In this document: positions 8,797-21,460 of the stretch, in pieces | How the letters are laid out: every line of letters starts with the position of its first letter | Numbering within the stretch: position 1 is the first letter of the stretch | Assembly (NCBI GenBank): GCA_950097015.1 | Contig: CATNEN010000010.1 | Coordinates: 1,116,001 to 1,180,000, forward strand | Source of the DNA: Macrostomum hystrix | Lineage: Eukaryota; Animalia; Platyhelminthes | DNA length: 64,000 bases | Direction of reading: 5' to 3' | Notes under the pieces: generated by a model | What the model saw: the letters and a program-made list of their open reading frames with translations, nothing else | Database searches by the model: none | Told to the model about the DNA's origin: nothing | Position numbers and translations under genes: made by a program

Positions 8797-11700
8797 ATGA
8801 CTATGAATTCAGAGGTGGAGCCACATATAACTAAGAAGTATGAAATCAAGAAGCGACTGGGTAAAGGGGTAAGTGACATGCTTTAACAACTACTTGAAAG
8901 CTCCAGCTCTTTAAATCGTAAACATTAAAATATTACATCTTGAGATGTAAACTGATAAGAATACCATGAATAGCAGCTGCCGATATTGTTAAATTTGTTG
9001 CGATTTTAGGCAGCAAGCTTTTTTCAACGCTGCAAAGTTTGAAACATGAGATACACTTTAATCTAACATCGTATGCTACTTTCATTACCTTGCTTATATT
9101 TTAAGAACAACGTGTTAGTGCTCTGTGTATTTTTTTATTTCTATGTCGATGCATTTTTTTAAATTTTCATTGATTTTCGTTCTTCTGTGTAGCCTTCTAT
9201 AGTTTTTATTCGAAACAAGGCTATTCAACAATATAGATCGTATTAATTTTTGCTCTTCTCTTTTTTCTTATATTTTTTCTTCTTCTCTTCTTTTTTTCTT
9301 CGCTTTTTAGCAAGTGTTATTATATATACGTATATACATATATACTACAAGGCAATATATAATATCTTAAAATTTCAAACAAACGTCGGAATCTTCATTT
9401 CGAAAGTTCTAGCTCCTGCCCCAAATAACTCAGTGTAGAAATGAATAGAAAAACTAAAAACGTGTTCCAAAATCACAACTTCTTTGACCACAACCTCAGG
9501 CCTACGGCATCGTCTGGAAGGCAATTGATCGACGAACCGGCGAAGTTGTTGCTCTAAAGAAAATTTTTGATGCATTTCGCAATCAGACAGACGCGCAAGT
9601 AAGTTTATCAATAAATTCTAATTTTTTTATTTTATATAAGTTTCAACTTGCCAAACTATAGGCCAAATATGAAAGCTTAAGTCTTTATTATTAAATTATA
9701 TGGATTTCCGTTCTCGACATTTTGTCATAAAAATAGCTTGTCATTTTGCAGCGGACGTTTCGAGAAATCGCATTCCTGCAGGAGTTTGCCGACCATCCCA
9801 ACATTGTGAAACTGCTCAACGTCATCAAAGCGGAGAATGACAAAGACATTTATCTAGTGTTCGAGTCTATGGGTGAGGTCTTGTTTATCAATTTCAATGG
9901 ATTGAAATTCGAAGCTTCATGATCGTTCTCCATTTGCCAGACACGGATCTGCACAATGTGATAAAGAAAGGCAACATCCTAAAGGACGTGCACAAGCAGT
10001 ACATCATGTACCAGATGTTCAAGGCCACTTACTACGTGCACTCCGGCAACTGCATCCATCGCGATCAAAAGCCGAGCAATGTCCTGCTGGACTCTGAGTG
10101 TTTCGTTAAGCTGTGCGACTTTGGCCTGGCTCGGTCGCTGTCCCAGCTGGGGCGGCTGGACGAGGGCGGCGCCGACCCGGCCCTCACTGAGTACGTGGCC
10201 ACCCGCTGGTACCGGGCGCCGGAGATCCTGCTGGCCTCGCACCGGTACACCAAGGTAGTAAATCAAATGTTCACCAAGGACCGCTAGGAGTAGAAGAATG
10301 GGAAACAAAGTTTTTAGCAATAATTTAGAGGGGTGGTTTTCGCCGAAAGTTCTGTGACGCAAGTCATTACCACCGAAAATCGCGCGAAAACCGCAGGGCG
10401 TGGACATGTGGTCTCTGGGCTGCATCCTGGGCGAGATGCTCCTGGGCAAGCCGCTGTTCCCCGGCAGCTCCACGCTCAACCAGATCGAGCGCATCATGGC
10501 CGCCATTCCTCCGCCGAGTCCCGAGGACGTCCGGAGCATCGGCAGCGCCTACGGTGCCAGCATCCTGGAGAAGGCGGCGGTGCGCGGTCGGCGAACGCTC
10601 GAGTCGCTGATTCCGAACGCGGATCCTGTAGCAATGGACCTCATGCAGCGCCTGCTGCAGTTCAATCCGGACAAGCGGCTGACGGCTGAGGAAGCGCTGC
10701 GGCATCCATACGTGCGCAGGTTTCACAACCCGGCCGAGGAGATCGCGCTGCATCGGGACGTTGTGCCGCCGGTGAGTGCCGCCGGCCTTCGCTTTGCTGG
10801 TTTGGGCTTAGCCATGCTGGCTTCTCGGAAGTTTTGACGATAAAAAATATTGTTCATGAGAACTCCATTCATGACACAGCTTGTTCATGAGAACTCTATC
10901 CATGACACAGCTTGTTCATGAGAACTCTATCCATGACACAGCTTGTTCATGAGAACTCCATCACGAGAACTCAAAAAAGCTAAATTTTTGCTGACAATAA
11001 TGCTCATCTAAAAAGGAATATGATGTGTTTTCTGAATTTTTGTCTAGGGGTGTTTAGCCCTGTAACGTTCAGATGAGTTTTTTAGCTCCTGGTACAGATG
11101 CTATCTAGTCTTTTGGTGCTATCGATGTTCTAAAATTTGGTATTTGCTTAGATTTACGGATTGTTTCTCCACTGCTGCTGAAATCAAACGCAAATATGTA
11201 AAATCCCCACCAAACAGGTGGACGACAACTCGCAGCTCAGCGTGGCGGAGTACCGCAACCGCCTCTACGAGATGATTGTGGCCAAGAAGGCTGCCAGGCG
11301 TCAGCGCCGTCGTGAGGAGCGCGAGCGACGCCGTCAGGAACGCCAGCACCAGGATCATCAGCAGCAGCAGCCGCCGACGAGGGCCTCAACTTCATCCTCC
11401 GTTAACGAAGCTTCCTCGTCCGCGGCAGCCGCGGCGGCCACGCCTGATTCCGGGGGTCGGGATCGCGGCTACCAGCAGCAGCAGCAGCCAGGTTCTCGAC
11501 GGGGCAGCCTCGGCCGCAGCGGCAGCTACCGGGACCTGCAGCAGCAGCTGTCCTCCACCGCCCAGCTGCGAGCCAGCCGCTCTACCGGCTTCTACGGCGG
11601 CGGTGGCGGCGCCAAGCCCTCGTCAGCGTCGTCTACGGCCTCTGGCGGGCTTCAGCGCCAGCGCAGCTACGAGAATCTCAGCGCCAGCAGCAAGGCCGGC

Positions 11701-13044
11701 GCCCTGGGCAGCTCGCTTAATCGGACTACACCGCTGCACAATGGGACCTATGGCTACTCGGTGAGAACGCACTATTTAGTCACACTGTTCATGTGAATAC
11801 GTGTAGCTACTAAGAGCTACTTAGATCAGTAGGTACTTTAGAAAATAACTTCAAGGATGTTTTTGTTATGTAAAGTATTGCATTTCGTAAAAGGTTTAAT
11901 GAGATAAAACGACCCTTTCGAGGGTCACCCAACATTCCTGTCCGTCAAATCTGGGAGCAAATAAATGTTGCCCAAGTTGGGGAACACTAAAATGCGTAAA
12001 GTTTTTTGGGAAGGAAGTAAAGGAAGTTTGGGAAGTCATTTCAAATCTTTCATTATTACAAATTGTATTAATATCCAGTGCCTGTCACTATAACAAACAT
12101 CCGTTCCCGTCTCAACAGGATGAGGTTCGTATCCTGCAACTGGCGATAGAAAAGATTCAACATTTTGTTTTCGATGCCTTTAACCCATTTTTCAAATCGC
12201 TTTATTGGCTTGATTTCTGCGGTTAGGTTAGCAATCAAATTAAAGCAAGTGTTTATTTCATTCTGCCTGCTCCTTGGTGATCAGCTGAAGCTGCTTGATT
12301 CCTATCATATTAGCCGCCCTGGCTCGACTGCTCAATTTCGCATCCTAATTTTCCCTTGAGTGAGAATCGAACTCTCGACCTCTTGACCAGAAGCCCGACG
12401 CTCTAAAGCATAAGCAAATAGTATCCAGAGTCCTCAGCAAAGTAAAAAAAACAGGAAAACTTTTTACAGTCGGATTCGCAGCAGCAGCATCATACGGGAG
12501 ATTCGGAACGAATTTGGAGTCGACATCAGCAAAGTGTAAACAATATTAGAACATTACTTCTGACTCGAGATCTAGTCGATGTTTGACCTAGTATTCACAC
12601 TGATTAACCTGTCTGTTAAAAGTACATCCTATGTCTGGCCCGCACTGTATGGCTTTTTATTCTCATTCTAGTATTTCTAAGCAATAGAGAGACCATCTTC
12701 TGCCAGAGAATCTGTCACTATTGGATGCGCTGCTAAGAGCTTTTAAAAACTTATTTCTATGCTCCTGTACTGTCTGATTCTTCTTTCTGACTGGCTTTTC
12801 GTCTATTTATAATTCTTTTTAACTCACTCTAATTGCTGCGCTTTATTGCAACGAGAGATTTGAAAAATTGGGCAGAATTGTTTGGAGTGTCGAGCGGGAC
12901 TCTGACGCGATACGCCAACCCATGCTGGCTTTGCAGAGCGCGGCCGCATTGGCTGAAGCCCGGCGTCAGCAGTCAGCGCCGGTGGCCTCCTACCAGTCTC
13001 GACCGCCAACCGGGAGCAGCGGCATCGGCATGGGGGGCGGAGGA

Positions 13045-13081
<37 letters not shown>

Positions 13082-13440
13082 GAGGTGCGTCCTCCAACGT
13101 GCACCACATGCGTTCCTACACATCCGGCCAGCTGAACACGCCGATGGTGCTGCGTGACTCGCCATACGGCCACGGGCCGCCGCTGCGCACTGGACCGTCC
13201 GCCAGGCAGGCGCAGGCAGCTGGACGCGGATACGGTGGTGTTGGTGGCGGCGGCGGCGGTGGGGGTGGCGGCGGTGGCGGTGGAGGTGGCACGGGTGGCG
13301 GCGCCAAACGCCAGTACGACAACCAGCGCAACTATGGCACATCGGAGCCGCGCGGGCACTACGGCTCCTACAGCCAGGCCTACGGCACCGTGACCAGCGC
13401 CCAGCTCAACCAGCTGTACAGCCGCAAGTGGGTCACGTGA
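8797..13440 (+). CDS. MAPK15: Atypical MAP kinase ERK7/8, 7 exons, about 675 aa
   Basis: Exons 8797-8868, 9500-9598, 9752-9872, 9941-10254, 10397-10771, 11218-11760 and 12937-13440 are phase-consistent. Motifs: [40 protein letters not shown] (MAPK15-typical), DFGLAR, the TEY activation loop, and a C-terminal YSQAYGTV motif shared with vertebrate MAPK15. The tail exon boundaries are less certain. Confidence 0.93.
10852..10960. repeat. ~31-bp tandem repeat, about 3 copies, in MAPK15 intron 5
   Basis: Unit ttcatgagaactctatccatgacacagcttg. Confidence 0.75.
12355..12415 (-). mobile_element. Degenerate tRNA-like SINE head fragment
   Basis: gagaatcgaactctcgacctc...cgacgctcta resembles the reverse complement of a tRNA-like head. 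Short and diverged. Confidence 0.3.
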
Positions 13441-16400
13441 TTCTCTGACCAATCATTTTTAGCCACGTAGATTTCGCACATGCTCATTCACCAGCCACAG
13501 TAAAAGTACATCTGGTGTGTCTGACACGGGTTGAAATTTAAGATATGACAAACCCCTGGGGGTGTTCAGTAGTGTCGGTTAATTATCAGCGTTGCCTCTC
13601 ATCTGTCTTCAGCTGCTTTGTCAAACAAAACATTCTATGATATAAAAATACTGCTCTACTCCATATTAAGCACATATTATTGTTTTTATATGAATTTTTA
13701 GCGTTCAGTGCAAATTTGTGATATTTTGTCCTGATTAAAAGTTACCCACAATCGCCTTTGAACTTGATAGCTAATCTTGTGTGACAGTTCTCTCATTTTC
13801 GTGTTTTAATCAACAATAAGCCTGGACAAACATGCCAGGAACCTGGGAATTAGTCAGTCGTTCATGTTGCCAAATCACCTGCTTTGATTATACACAATCA
13901 GTGCAGAGTAAGGAGTATAATGACTGCAGTGATATTTCAACCTATCAATAGAATTACACTGATAGTGCTACTAGAGATGCTGCGAAACTAGAAGTTTTTT
14001 CACCTGCGCGTGCTCGTGCAACCTTTGTTTCTTTCGCTGTCTGTCCGCTTGCAACATTTCTCGTTCATTCGCTCTATTATTTTAGCACATTCCGTCCTCT
14101 TAGGCTCAAGAAAGTGGCCCCGTCTAACCAGTTTTTGATCTTCTTTGTCAACACATAATTCGTGTCTAGTTTCATTTCTATTAAATGCTTTGAACTTTTG
14201 TTTTTATTGAATGAATTGCGGGATTTTTTATAGTTCCTAATTAAATTCGAGCCAAAACAAAGTTTGAAAGATATACAATTTGTAATAACACTAGAAAGTC
14301 TATGCCTTAATAGCGCTAGATAAGTTTTAGTTCGTTTTGGCGCGATTTTAATTTAACTATTTAAACAAAACACTGTGCCGTCATCCGTCAAAAATATCAT
14401 TGTTATTTTTTATTAGCCGCGATTTAAGCTAGCGCATAAGTTCCCGCTTGTTTCTATATTCCTTCTGAACGCAAGTGCGCTAGAAGCCGCCGGCGTTCTA
14501 CAAGTACATGCGATATTGTACGATTTTTGGCCGCAACCCCAACACGCGAAGAAGCCAGTGCGGATGTACTTTCTTTGATCCCGAAAATCGATATTTTTCA
14601 TTGCACAAAATAGATTCAGTCCATGTGGAAACTTTTTTACTTTTGTTGTCTCTGCTCCCACCCCCTCAGTCCGACGGCCACGCCCAGACTCTGCTACTGT
14701 TTCAGTTCGGTCCTATCCTTATGCCTTGCTTTACTTTGAGTAGTGCACCGCGGTCGTAGCGATGGTGGGTGCTGAATATGGAATGCAGTCTGTGATGCTA
14801 TTTTAATTGCTGTTGTATCTTATTTGAAGTGTTCGAGTTTACAGATTCGGGAAATCGATAGTAAACGTAAAAACGCATAGCCAATATATTTCTTTACTTT
14901 TTCTGTTCCCTAGCGCTTAAACCGCAAACTTATCTAACTAAATTAATTAGTTTATTTTTTATCTTTCCTCTGCCCTGTCTCTAAGCGTAGGCACATCAGG
15001 TCTATGAAACTGACATTTTCTCACCTAATAGATTTGTTTGCAGTCCGTCCAATCTTTGAAGCTTATCCCGTGGAATGAAATAATCCATTTGAGAAGGGAA
15101 GCCACATACACTGTACGATTAAGTATCTCTTTGTTTTTGGCGAAAAATCACCCAGATTGAGCTGGGCAGTCTGAAATATGGTGCGCTTGTGTTTGTGTTT
15201 TTCTTGTAAGTCTTTTATTACGAATGCTTTCGAGCAAGTCGTAACAGACCCTAGCAGTATGATAGTCTCAGATGCATTAGCAGATGGGGGGTTGAATTAC
15301 TAGTCTATTATACTATTTTTTACCACAAGGAGTCTAAAGTACGGTGGGGATTTTTTCAAGTCTAGAAAAAATCTGTATTTTTAGAGTTTTGGCTATGAAT
15401 CGTAATTACTGTGAGTTTGATTCATCCTAAATGAAACTCCTGAAAAAATCAACGCCATGAGGCGTCTTAAGTTGCCATAGCAACCATAAATCGAATCAGT
15501 AGTTAAACTGACAGACTCTGTGAGAGGCGAGCTTACTACAATTGGTTATTTCCAGAAAAAATCGGTTACTTAAGGATTGAAAATTAAAACAAAACTAGTA
15601 GAGGTCTTGGTACAATCGTAACAGGGACCGGAGATGGGTTATTTAACTTCAGTTTCATAAGACCCACCGAAGTTCTGGTATAATCAACCAGGAAATTGCC
15701 ATCAAGTGTCCATTAATGTGGATGAGAAGCTGTAGCAAGCTCTACCGACACAACTAACGACCATCAGGTCAGAGCCCTCTTGTCTATACCTCTGAGAATT
15801 GAGCCTATAGCTGCTCCTGGAGCCGTGCACTTGAAAATTTCTAGTGGGTCATGATGACCCTTTTGGCTATTAAATGAATACATCTAAGGTCATGAAAAAC
15901 GGCCCGATTGTAAAATGAAGCCATTTTCTGTGAGCTACTAGTCCACTGTCCTTGATTACTAGGGTTAGACTTGGGTAAAATAGTGGGGCATTGCGATGAA
16001 AAAAAGTTCAATTTTTGCAAATAATTAAGGTGAAAGACAGCAGTAGTTGGCCGTTTTCTTGGCCGTTTTCTGCGTTAAAACTGTCTTCTTTCTGTCTTCT
16101 AGCCAGGGGCGTCGCCGCCATTTAATGATTAGCGCACCGTTTCGACTGACAATTAGGGCAGTTGAGGCATCGACCTACCACTCTCAGTCAGTGTTTTGAT
16201 TACGCAGCGCGCAAGTAGCTGGAACAAGACCTGATTGAGGAGAGGCGGAGCTGGCACTAGGAAGACAGAGGAACCCGAGAAGGTTTTTTGACTAGGGCTG
16301 CCCGTCCCCATCCCACTGTAGGATTTATTTTTGTCAAGCTGGATTCAACTTTTCTAGCCTCACCGAGGCGCCTCCGCCCCAGCCTCCTCGGCAGGCCATC

Positions 16401-16734
16401 CGCTTGCATACTAATAAGACATGGACGGCCGCATGTGCTCCCCAGATGGGTTTGGATAGGTATTGGGCTGAGCTGGCAACCTGTACACCAGATGCAGCTC
16501 TAGGGAATTCTGTTAAGCGGATCTCTGGGCTGCTGGGGCCGTGCCTTATAGCAGCGCTGGACGAATCATTCGCCTTTGAGCTCTGTTTAAACAGCGAGGG
16601 CAGCGGGTGCGGGCTCTGGGATGCGGCCAGGCCGGCTCGGACTGGTTTTTTAGGAGGCCGAGGCGCTGGCCGGTGGGTCGCATTCAAGTGTTCGTTGTTA
16701 GTGTTGGTTACTGTTGTACTGTTAATTAGTCAGT

Positions 16735-16930
16735 TAATTAGTTAGTTAGTTAGTTAGTTAGTTAGTCAGTTAGTTAGTTTGTTTGTTTGTTTGTTTGGTT
16801 GTTTGTTAGTTAGTTAGTTAGTAAGTTAGTTAGTTTGTTTGTTTGTTTGTTTGTTTGGTTGTTTGTTTGTTTGTTTGTTTGTTTGTTTGTTTGTTAGTTA
16901 GTTAGTTTGTTTCTTTGTTATTTATTTAGT
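16735..16930. repeat. Compound (GTTA)n/(GTTT)n microsatellite
   Basis: Directly visible. Confidence 0.9.
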
Positions 16931-17291
16931 TGGCTGTTTCTCTAGTCTGATGCAATGTGCAGCTAGGCTTTTATGACCCGCATTGTGTCGAAGGAAAGCT
17001 TTCTATTGTCAAATATTTTGCCTCAGGACCATGGAAGTTTGCCATGGAAGTGATTGCATTGAGCTGCAACTTCTGAGCTGTCCCAGCGAGACCCCTGTGG
17101 CGCCCCGTTCTTTAAGAACAGCATTCACGCGAAATTCAATTATCTCCCATCGCCTTTGAGGAGTGATTCATTGTGCAGATCCGAATAAAGTGAATGATGG
17201 CTTTGGGCTGATTAGATTGCCAAAAGTTAGGCATAGTCAGTTGAAACCCACGGCGGGATGCTGCAATATTCTATTCCATTTGAGCTGACAT

Positions 17292-17645
17292 GAATTCCAG
17301 TGAGTTCTAGTGAATTCCAGTGAATTCTAGTGAATTCCAGTGAATTCCATTAAATTCCAGTGAGTTCTAGTGAATTCCAGTGAATTACAGTGAATTACAG
17401 TGAATTCCAGTGAATTCTAGTGAGTTCTAGTGAATTCCAGTGAATTCCATTAAATTCCAGTGAGTTCTAGTGAATTCCAGTGAATTCCAGTGAATTCCAG
17501 TGAATTCCAGTGAATTCTAGTGAATTCCAGTGAATTCCAGTGAATTCCAGTGAATTCCAGTGAATTTCAGTGAATTCCAGTGAATTCCAGTGAATTCTAG
17601 TGAATTCCAGTGAATTCCAGTGAATTCCAGTGAATTCCAGTGAAT
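17292..17645. repeat. 10-bp minisatellite (gtgaattcca)
   Basis: Directly visible; most units carry GAATTC. Confidence 0.92.
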
Positions 17646-18318
17646 CGCTTACACTTGGGCAAACCAGCGTAGTCACAAAGTCATTAAGGAAGTCATTTTC
17701 GCATGTCATTCACCAGCAGACTTTCGCAGCTAAATTTAGCGACAAATGATTGCTGCTTTTGTCCAGCAAGCTGCTGAAGGCGCGTGACTTGGCCAGAAAT
17801 GACAATCGAAATCGCTGCCACTTCCGGTCGCCAAGAACATTCTCGTCAGTCACTGTTTCTGCGGGGCTGTAGCTGCTCACCGCTAAAAGATAACTCTTAG
17901 AGACCTTGATTAATAATTATACGGCTCGAACTAATCGGCTGTGGGCAATGGGCACATCATTTGGTGACAGTTGACACGCTGCCAGCGAGGAGGAAATCCT
18001 GCCTATTCCGCTGGCTCCTGAGCACACACAGGCACTGTACACAGGAACACTCCCACGGGTGTGTACATCTGTACTGACTTTCTCATCTCACAATTTCTCA
18101 AACTCGTTAACCGCTTTGCCACTCCTAGCCCTATGACCGTTCATTCTATGACGATTCGAAGGCCATTTTTTGACGATTCAGTGACCACTCTATGACCGCT
18201 ATATGACCATTATAGTTTTCATTCTGTGGCCAGGCCAGAATGGCATGCTCAAGTCAAAATATCCAGGCCCAAGTCACCATAGGCGCGTCGCAAATCACAA
18301 ATCACAGCATTGCATACG

Positions 18319-18364
18319 ACATCAGTCCGAAAGGGCGCGGGTTCGTATCCCACCGCTGCTACCA
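18319..18364 (+). pseudogene. 3' half of a class II (Leu-type) tRNA ending in CCA, probably reverse-transcribed
   Basis: atcag-tccgaaagggc (variable-arm hairpin)-gcggg-ttcgtat-cccac-cgctgct-a-cca. No 5' half is visible. The base at position 58 (18346) is T instead of A. Confidence 0.7.
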
Positions 18365-18530
18365 TGTTGCATTTTTTAATCCAGTAAGAATGAGACACAC
18401 GACTCACAGGTGACACCCTCCCTTCCAAGTTGAGCCAGGGAGGTTCAAAAACGTACCGCCTCCCAGCACTCCACACATCTAGTTATAGCAACGACTCAAC
18501 GGGGTGGTACAAAGAAAAGTTAACGTTACA
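18365..18530 (-). mobile_element. Candidate short LTR (TGTAAC...GCAACA) immediately followed on the minus strand by a tRNA-Leu primer-binding site
   Basis: The minus strand begins TGTAACG at 18530, has ATTAAA near its end, ends TGCAACA at 18365, and continues TGGTAGCAGCGGTGGGAT. No second LTR or gag/pol was seen. Confidence 0.35.
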
Positions 18531-19278
18531 GCTGGGTGCGGGGGTGGCAGTGCTGCTAGCCACTTGATCAACTCATCCGCTGAATGGCGATAGCAGCGCC
18601 TCCAACACGCGAGTGAGATTCGTGGCTAATGAGCAGATAATGAGGAAACAAGCTGCTGCTGGAGTGGAGGGGGTGGCTGCCAGATTTCAGTACTGAATCC
18701 ACTGCCCATGCACACACGGCATGCACCAGTGGCAACCAGCGCCCTCAACTGCAGGGGCTTCCAGCCCAGCTCTCCATCAGCTCTCACTCAGCCGGGCAGG
18801 GAGGGGCCGCTTCCCTCCGCCTCTCCACGGGCTGCCAGTTCAGCCTGCCGGATTGTGGGATATTGGGCTAGGGGAAAATGTTGAGAGGGTGGAGCGTCTG
18901 GCCTCGCTTAATGTTTCTGTTCCGCTGTGAGAGAGCTTCAGGCCCTCTGCATTCCCCCGAGCATCTCATCGCTGCGTCTCTGCTTCAGGCTTACCAGCCA
19001 ATCAGCGAGCTCCTGCCGCTGCACGGCTTCTGATTGGCTGCTAGCAGCGAAAGCAACTATTGCAAGGAGAAAATGCTAATAAGTGTTTCTGCTTCGGCCC
19101 AACCCGTCCGTGTTCTGCATCGGCTCTCAGCTCTGCTCAGCTCTGCTCAATTCTCCTCCCTAAGCGCTGTTCAGATAATATACTGCATAGGCCTATCTGA
19201 GTACTAAGTGTCTTCCTGCATAGCCCAAGTGCTAGGCTCACAGTTCACTGCACCCTGTACACAGAGGACTCCCGCGCT

Positions 19279-19668
19279 ATGCCTTCAGCGGCAGCGATCG
19301 CCGCGGCGACAATCGTCTCAGCCATCCTGCGTGACGGCGCAGCCTCCGCTGCAGTGGCCGTCTCAGCGAATGTCACCGCTCAGCTGGAAGATGACCAGGA
19401 CAACAGCCCGAAAGACTTAATCTTTGTGATTGTGTTCCTTTGCCTCGCCAGCATCGGCTTCGTTGTCCTGGTAGCCTTCTGCACCCGCTACGCCTCGTCC
19501 AAGTCGGAGCGGCAGGCGGAGCGCTACTTGTTCGAGGTGCAGGAGCGACGGCGGATCAGCGCCGAGACGGCGGCGTTGAAGGCATCGAGCTCGGAGCAGC
19601 GGCGGGCAGCCGGTTCCGGTCGACATCCGCAGGTGCCGCAGATCACCATTGAGCACTGCTCATCTTGA
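19279..19668 (+). CDS. Intronless small single-pass membrane protein, 129 aa
   Basis: ATG start; GC-rich, exon-like composition matching the real genes here; N-glycosylation sequon NVT; one hydrophobic segment (LIFVIVFLCLASIGFVVLVAFC); then a basic/charged cytosolic tail. No family was firmly recognised. Confidence 0.6.
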   Translation: MPSAAAIAAATIVSAILRDGAASAAVAVSANVTAQLEDDQDNSPKDLIFVIVFLCLASIGFVVLVAFCTRYASSKSERQAERYLFEVQERRRISAETAALKASSSEQRRAAGSGRHPQVPQITIEHCSS

Positions 19669-20289
19669 CTTGCCCGGAGCTGGTACGGCCGCGTTGAGCA
19701 CGTAGGAGAGCCAGCGTCATGATCAAGTGAAGTCGAATTGGGAGGGCAATTTGATAGAATTGGACTGAAGCTAATGCGCCATCATCGAGGGCGCCCCCGG
19801 ACCACAAACTCTGACATTCCGCTCCGCCCCAGCCTCCTTAGTGTCGTAGATTCCAACAGACAGTGGTCAGAGTCGCTAATTAGCAAAGTTAACCTGCAGC
19901 CGTCACGTTCTTGTTAAAAAATGACTTTGAAATTCGTTGCTCGACTGTTTCATACGATTCGACCCTTCTTTGACTCCCGGATCTGCACCCAGATTGAAAG
20001 CATCGATCGATTTGATGCGAGACACCACGCGGCTTTGACAAAGCTCACGCACAGTCGCTCTCATTGCGTTGTACTTTTATTATTTTACAATACATGCGTA
20101 CACGCTTTGTTTGTCCATAGATGTTTTTGCTTTTTAATTTTGGCTTCGCTCTTCAGTTTTTTATAGCAGTCTTACTCGGCGCAAGTAGAATAGGCAACAG
20201 AATGGTGCACAAAAACTAGATATTCAAGCAAAATCAAAATTGATATTTTTATGTGAATTTAGTTGAATTTTCGAATAAACAATCCGTCT

Positions 20290-21460
20290 ACGGTTCCTGC
20301 TGCGGTTCCTGCTGCGATTCTAGCTGCTGTTCCTGCTTCGATTCTATTTATGGATCCTGCTGCGATTCTAGTTATGGTTCCTGCTGCGATTCTAGCTGCT
20401 GTTCCTGCTTCGATTCTAGTTATGGATCCTGCTGCGATTCTAGTTATGGTTCCTGCTGCGATTCTAGCTGCTGTTCCTGCTTCGATTCTAGTTATGGATC
20501 CTGCTGCGATTCTAGTTATGGTTCCTGCTGCGATTATAGTTATGGTTCCTGCTGCGATTCTAGCTGCTGTTCCTGCTTCGATTCTAGTTATGGTTCCTGC
20601 TGCGATTCTAGTTATGGATCCTGCTGCGATTCTAGCTGCTGTTCCTGCTTCGATTCTAGTTATGGTTCCTGCTGCGATTCTAGTTATGGTTCCTGCTGCG
20701 ATTCTAGTTATGGTTCCTGCTGCGATTCTAGTTATGGTTCCTGCTGCGATTCTAGTTATGGTTCCTGCTGCGATTCTAGCTGCTGTTCCTGCTTCGATTC
20801 TAGTTATGGTTCCTGCTGCGATTCTAGTTATGGTTCCTGCTGCGATTCTAGTTATGGATCCTGCTGCGATTCTAGCTGCTGTTCCTGCTTCGATTCTAGT
20901 TATGGTTCCTGCTGCGATTCTAGTTATGGTTCCTGCTGCGATTCTAGTTATGGATCCTGCTGCGATTCTAGCTGCTGTTCCTGCTTCGATTCTAGTTATG
21001 GTTCCTGCTGCGATTCTAGTTATGGTTCCTGCTGCGATTCTAGATATGGATCCTGCTGCGATTCTAAATGCGGCTCCAGCTGCGATTCTAGTTATGGATC
21101 CTGCTGCGATTCTAGTTATGGTTCCTACTGCGATTCTAGTTATGGTTCCTGCTGCGATTCTAGTTATGGTTCCTGCTGCGATTCTAGTTATGGATCCTGC
21201 TGCGATTCTAGCTGCTGTTCCTGCTTCGATTCTAGTTATGGTTCCTGCTGCGATTCTAGTTATGGTTCCTGCTGCGATTCTAGTTATGGTTCCTGCTGCG
21301 ATTCTAGTTATGGTTCCTGCTGCGATTCTAGTTATGGTTCCTGCTGCGATTCTAGTTATGGTTCCTGCTGCGATTCTAGATATGGATCCTGCTGCGATTC
21401 TAAATGCGGCTCCAGCTGCAATTCTAGCTGCGTTTCATGCTGCGATTCTAGTTATGGGTC
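20290..21460. repeat. 24-bp minisatellite (tgctgcgattctagttatggttcc) with 21-bp variant units
   Basis: Directly visible. Explains ORFs 20253..21533 and 20263..21504. Confidence 0.92.

Noticed and set aside
12470-12533. Possible extra MAPK15 exon ([16 protein letters not shown]...)
   Set aside because: It is 64 nt with a weak GTGTAA donor and would shift the frame of the final exon.
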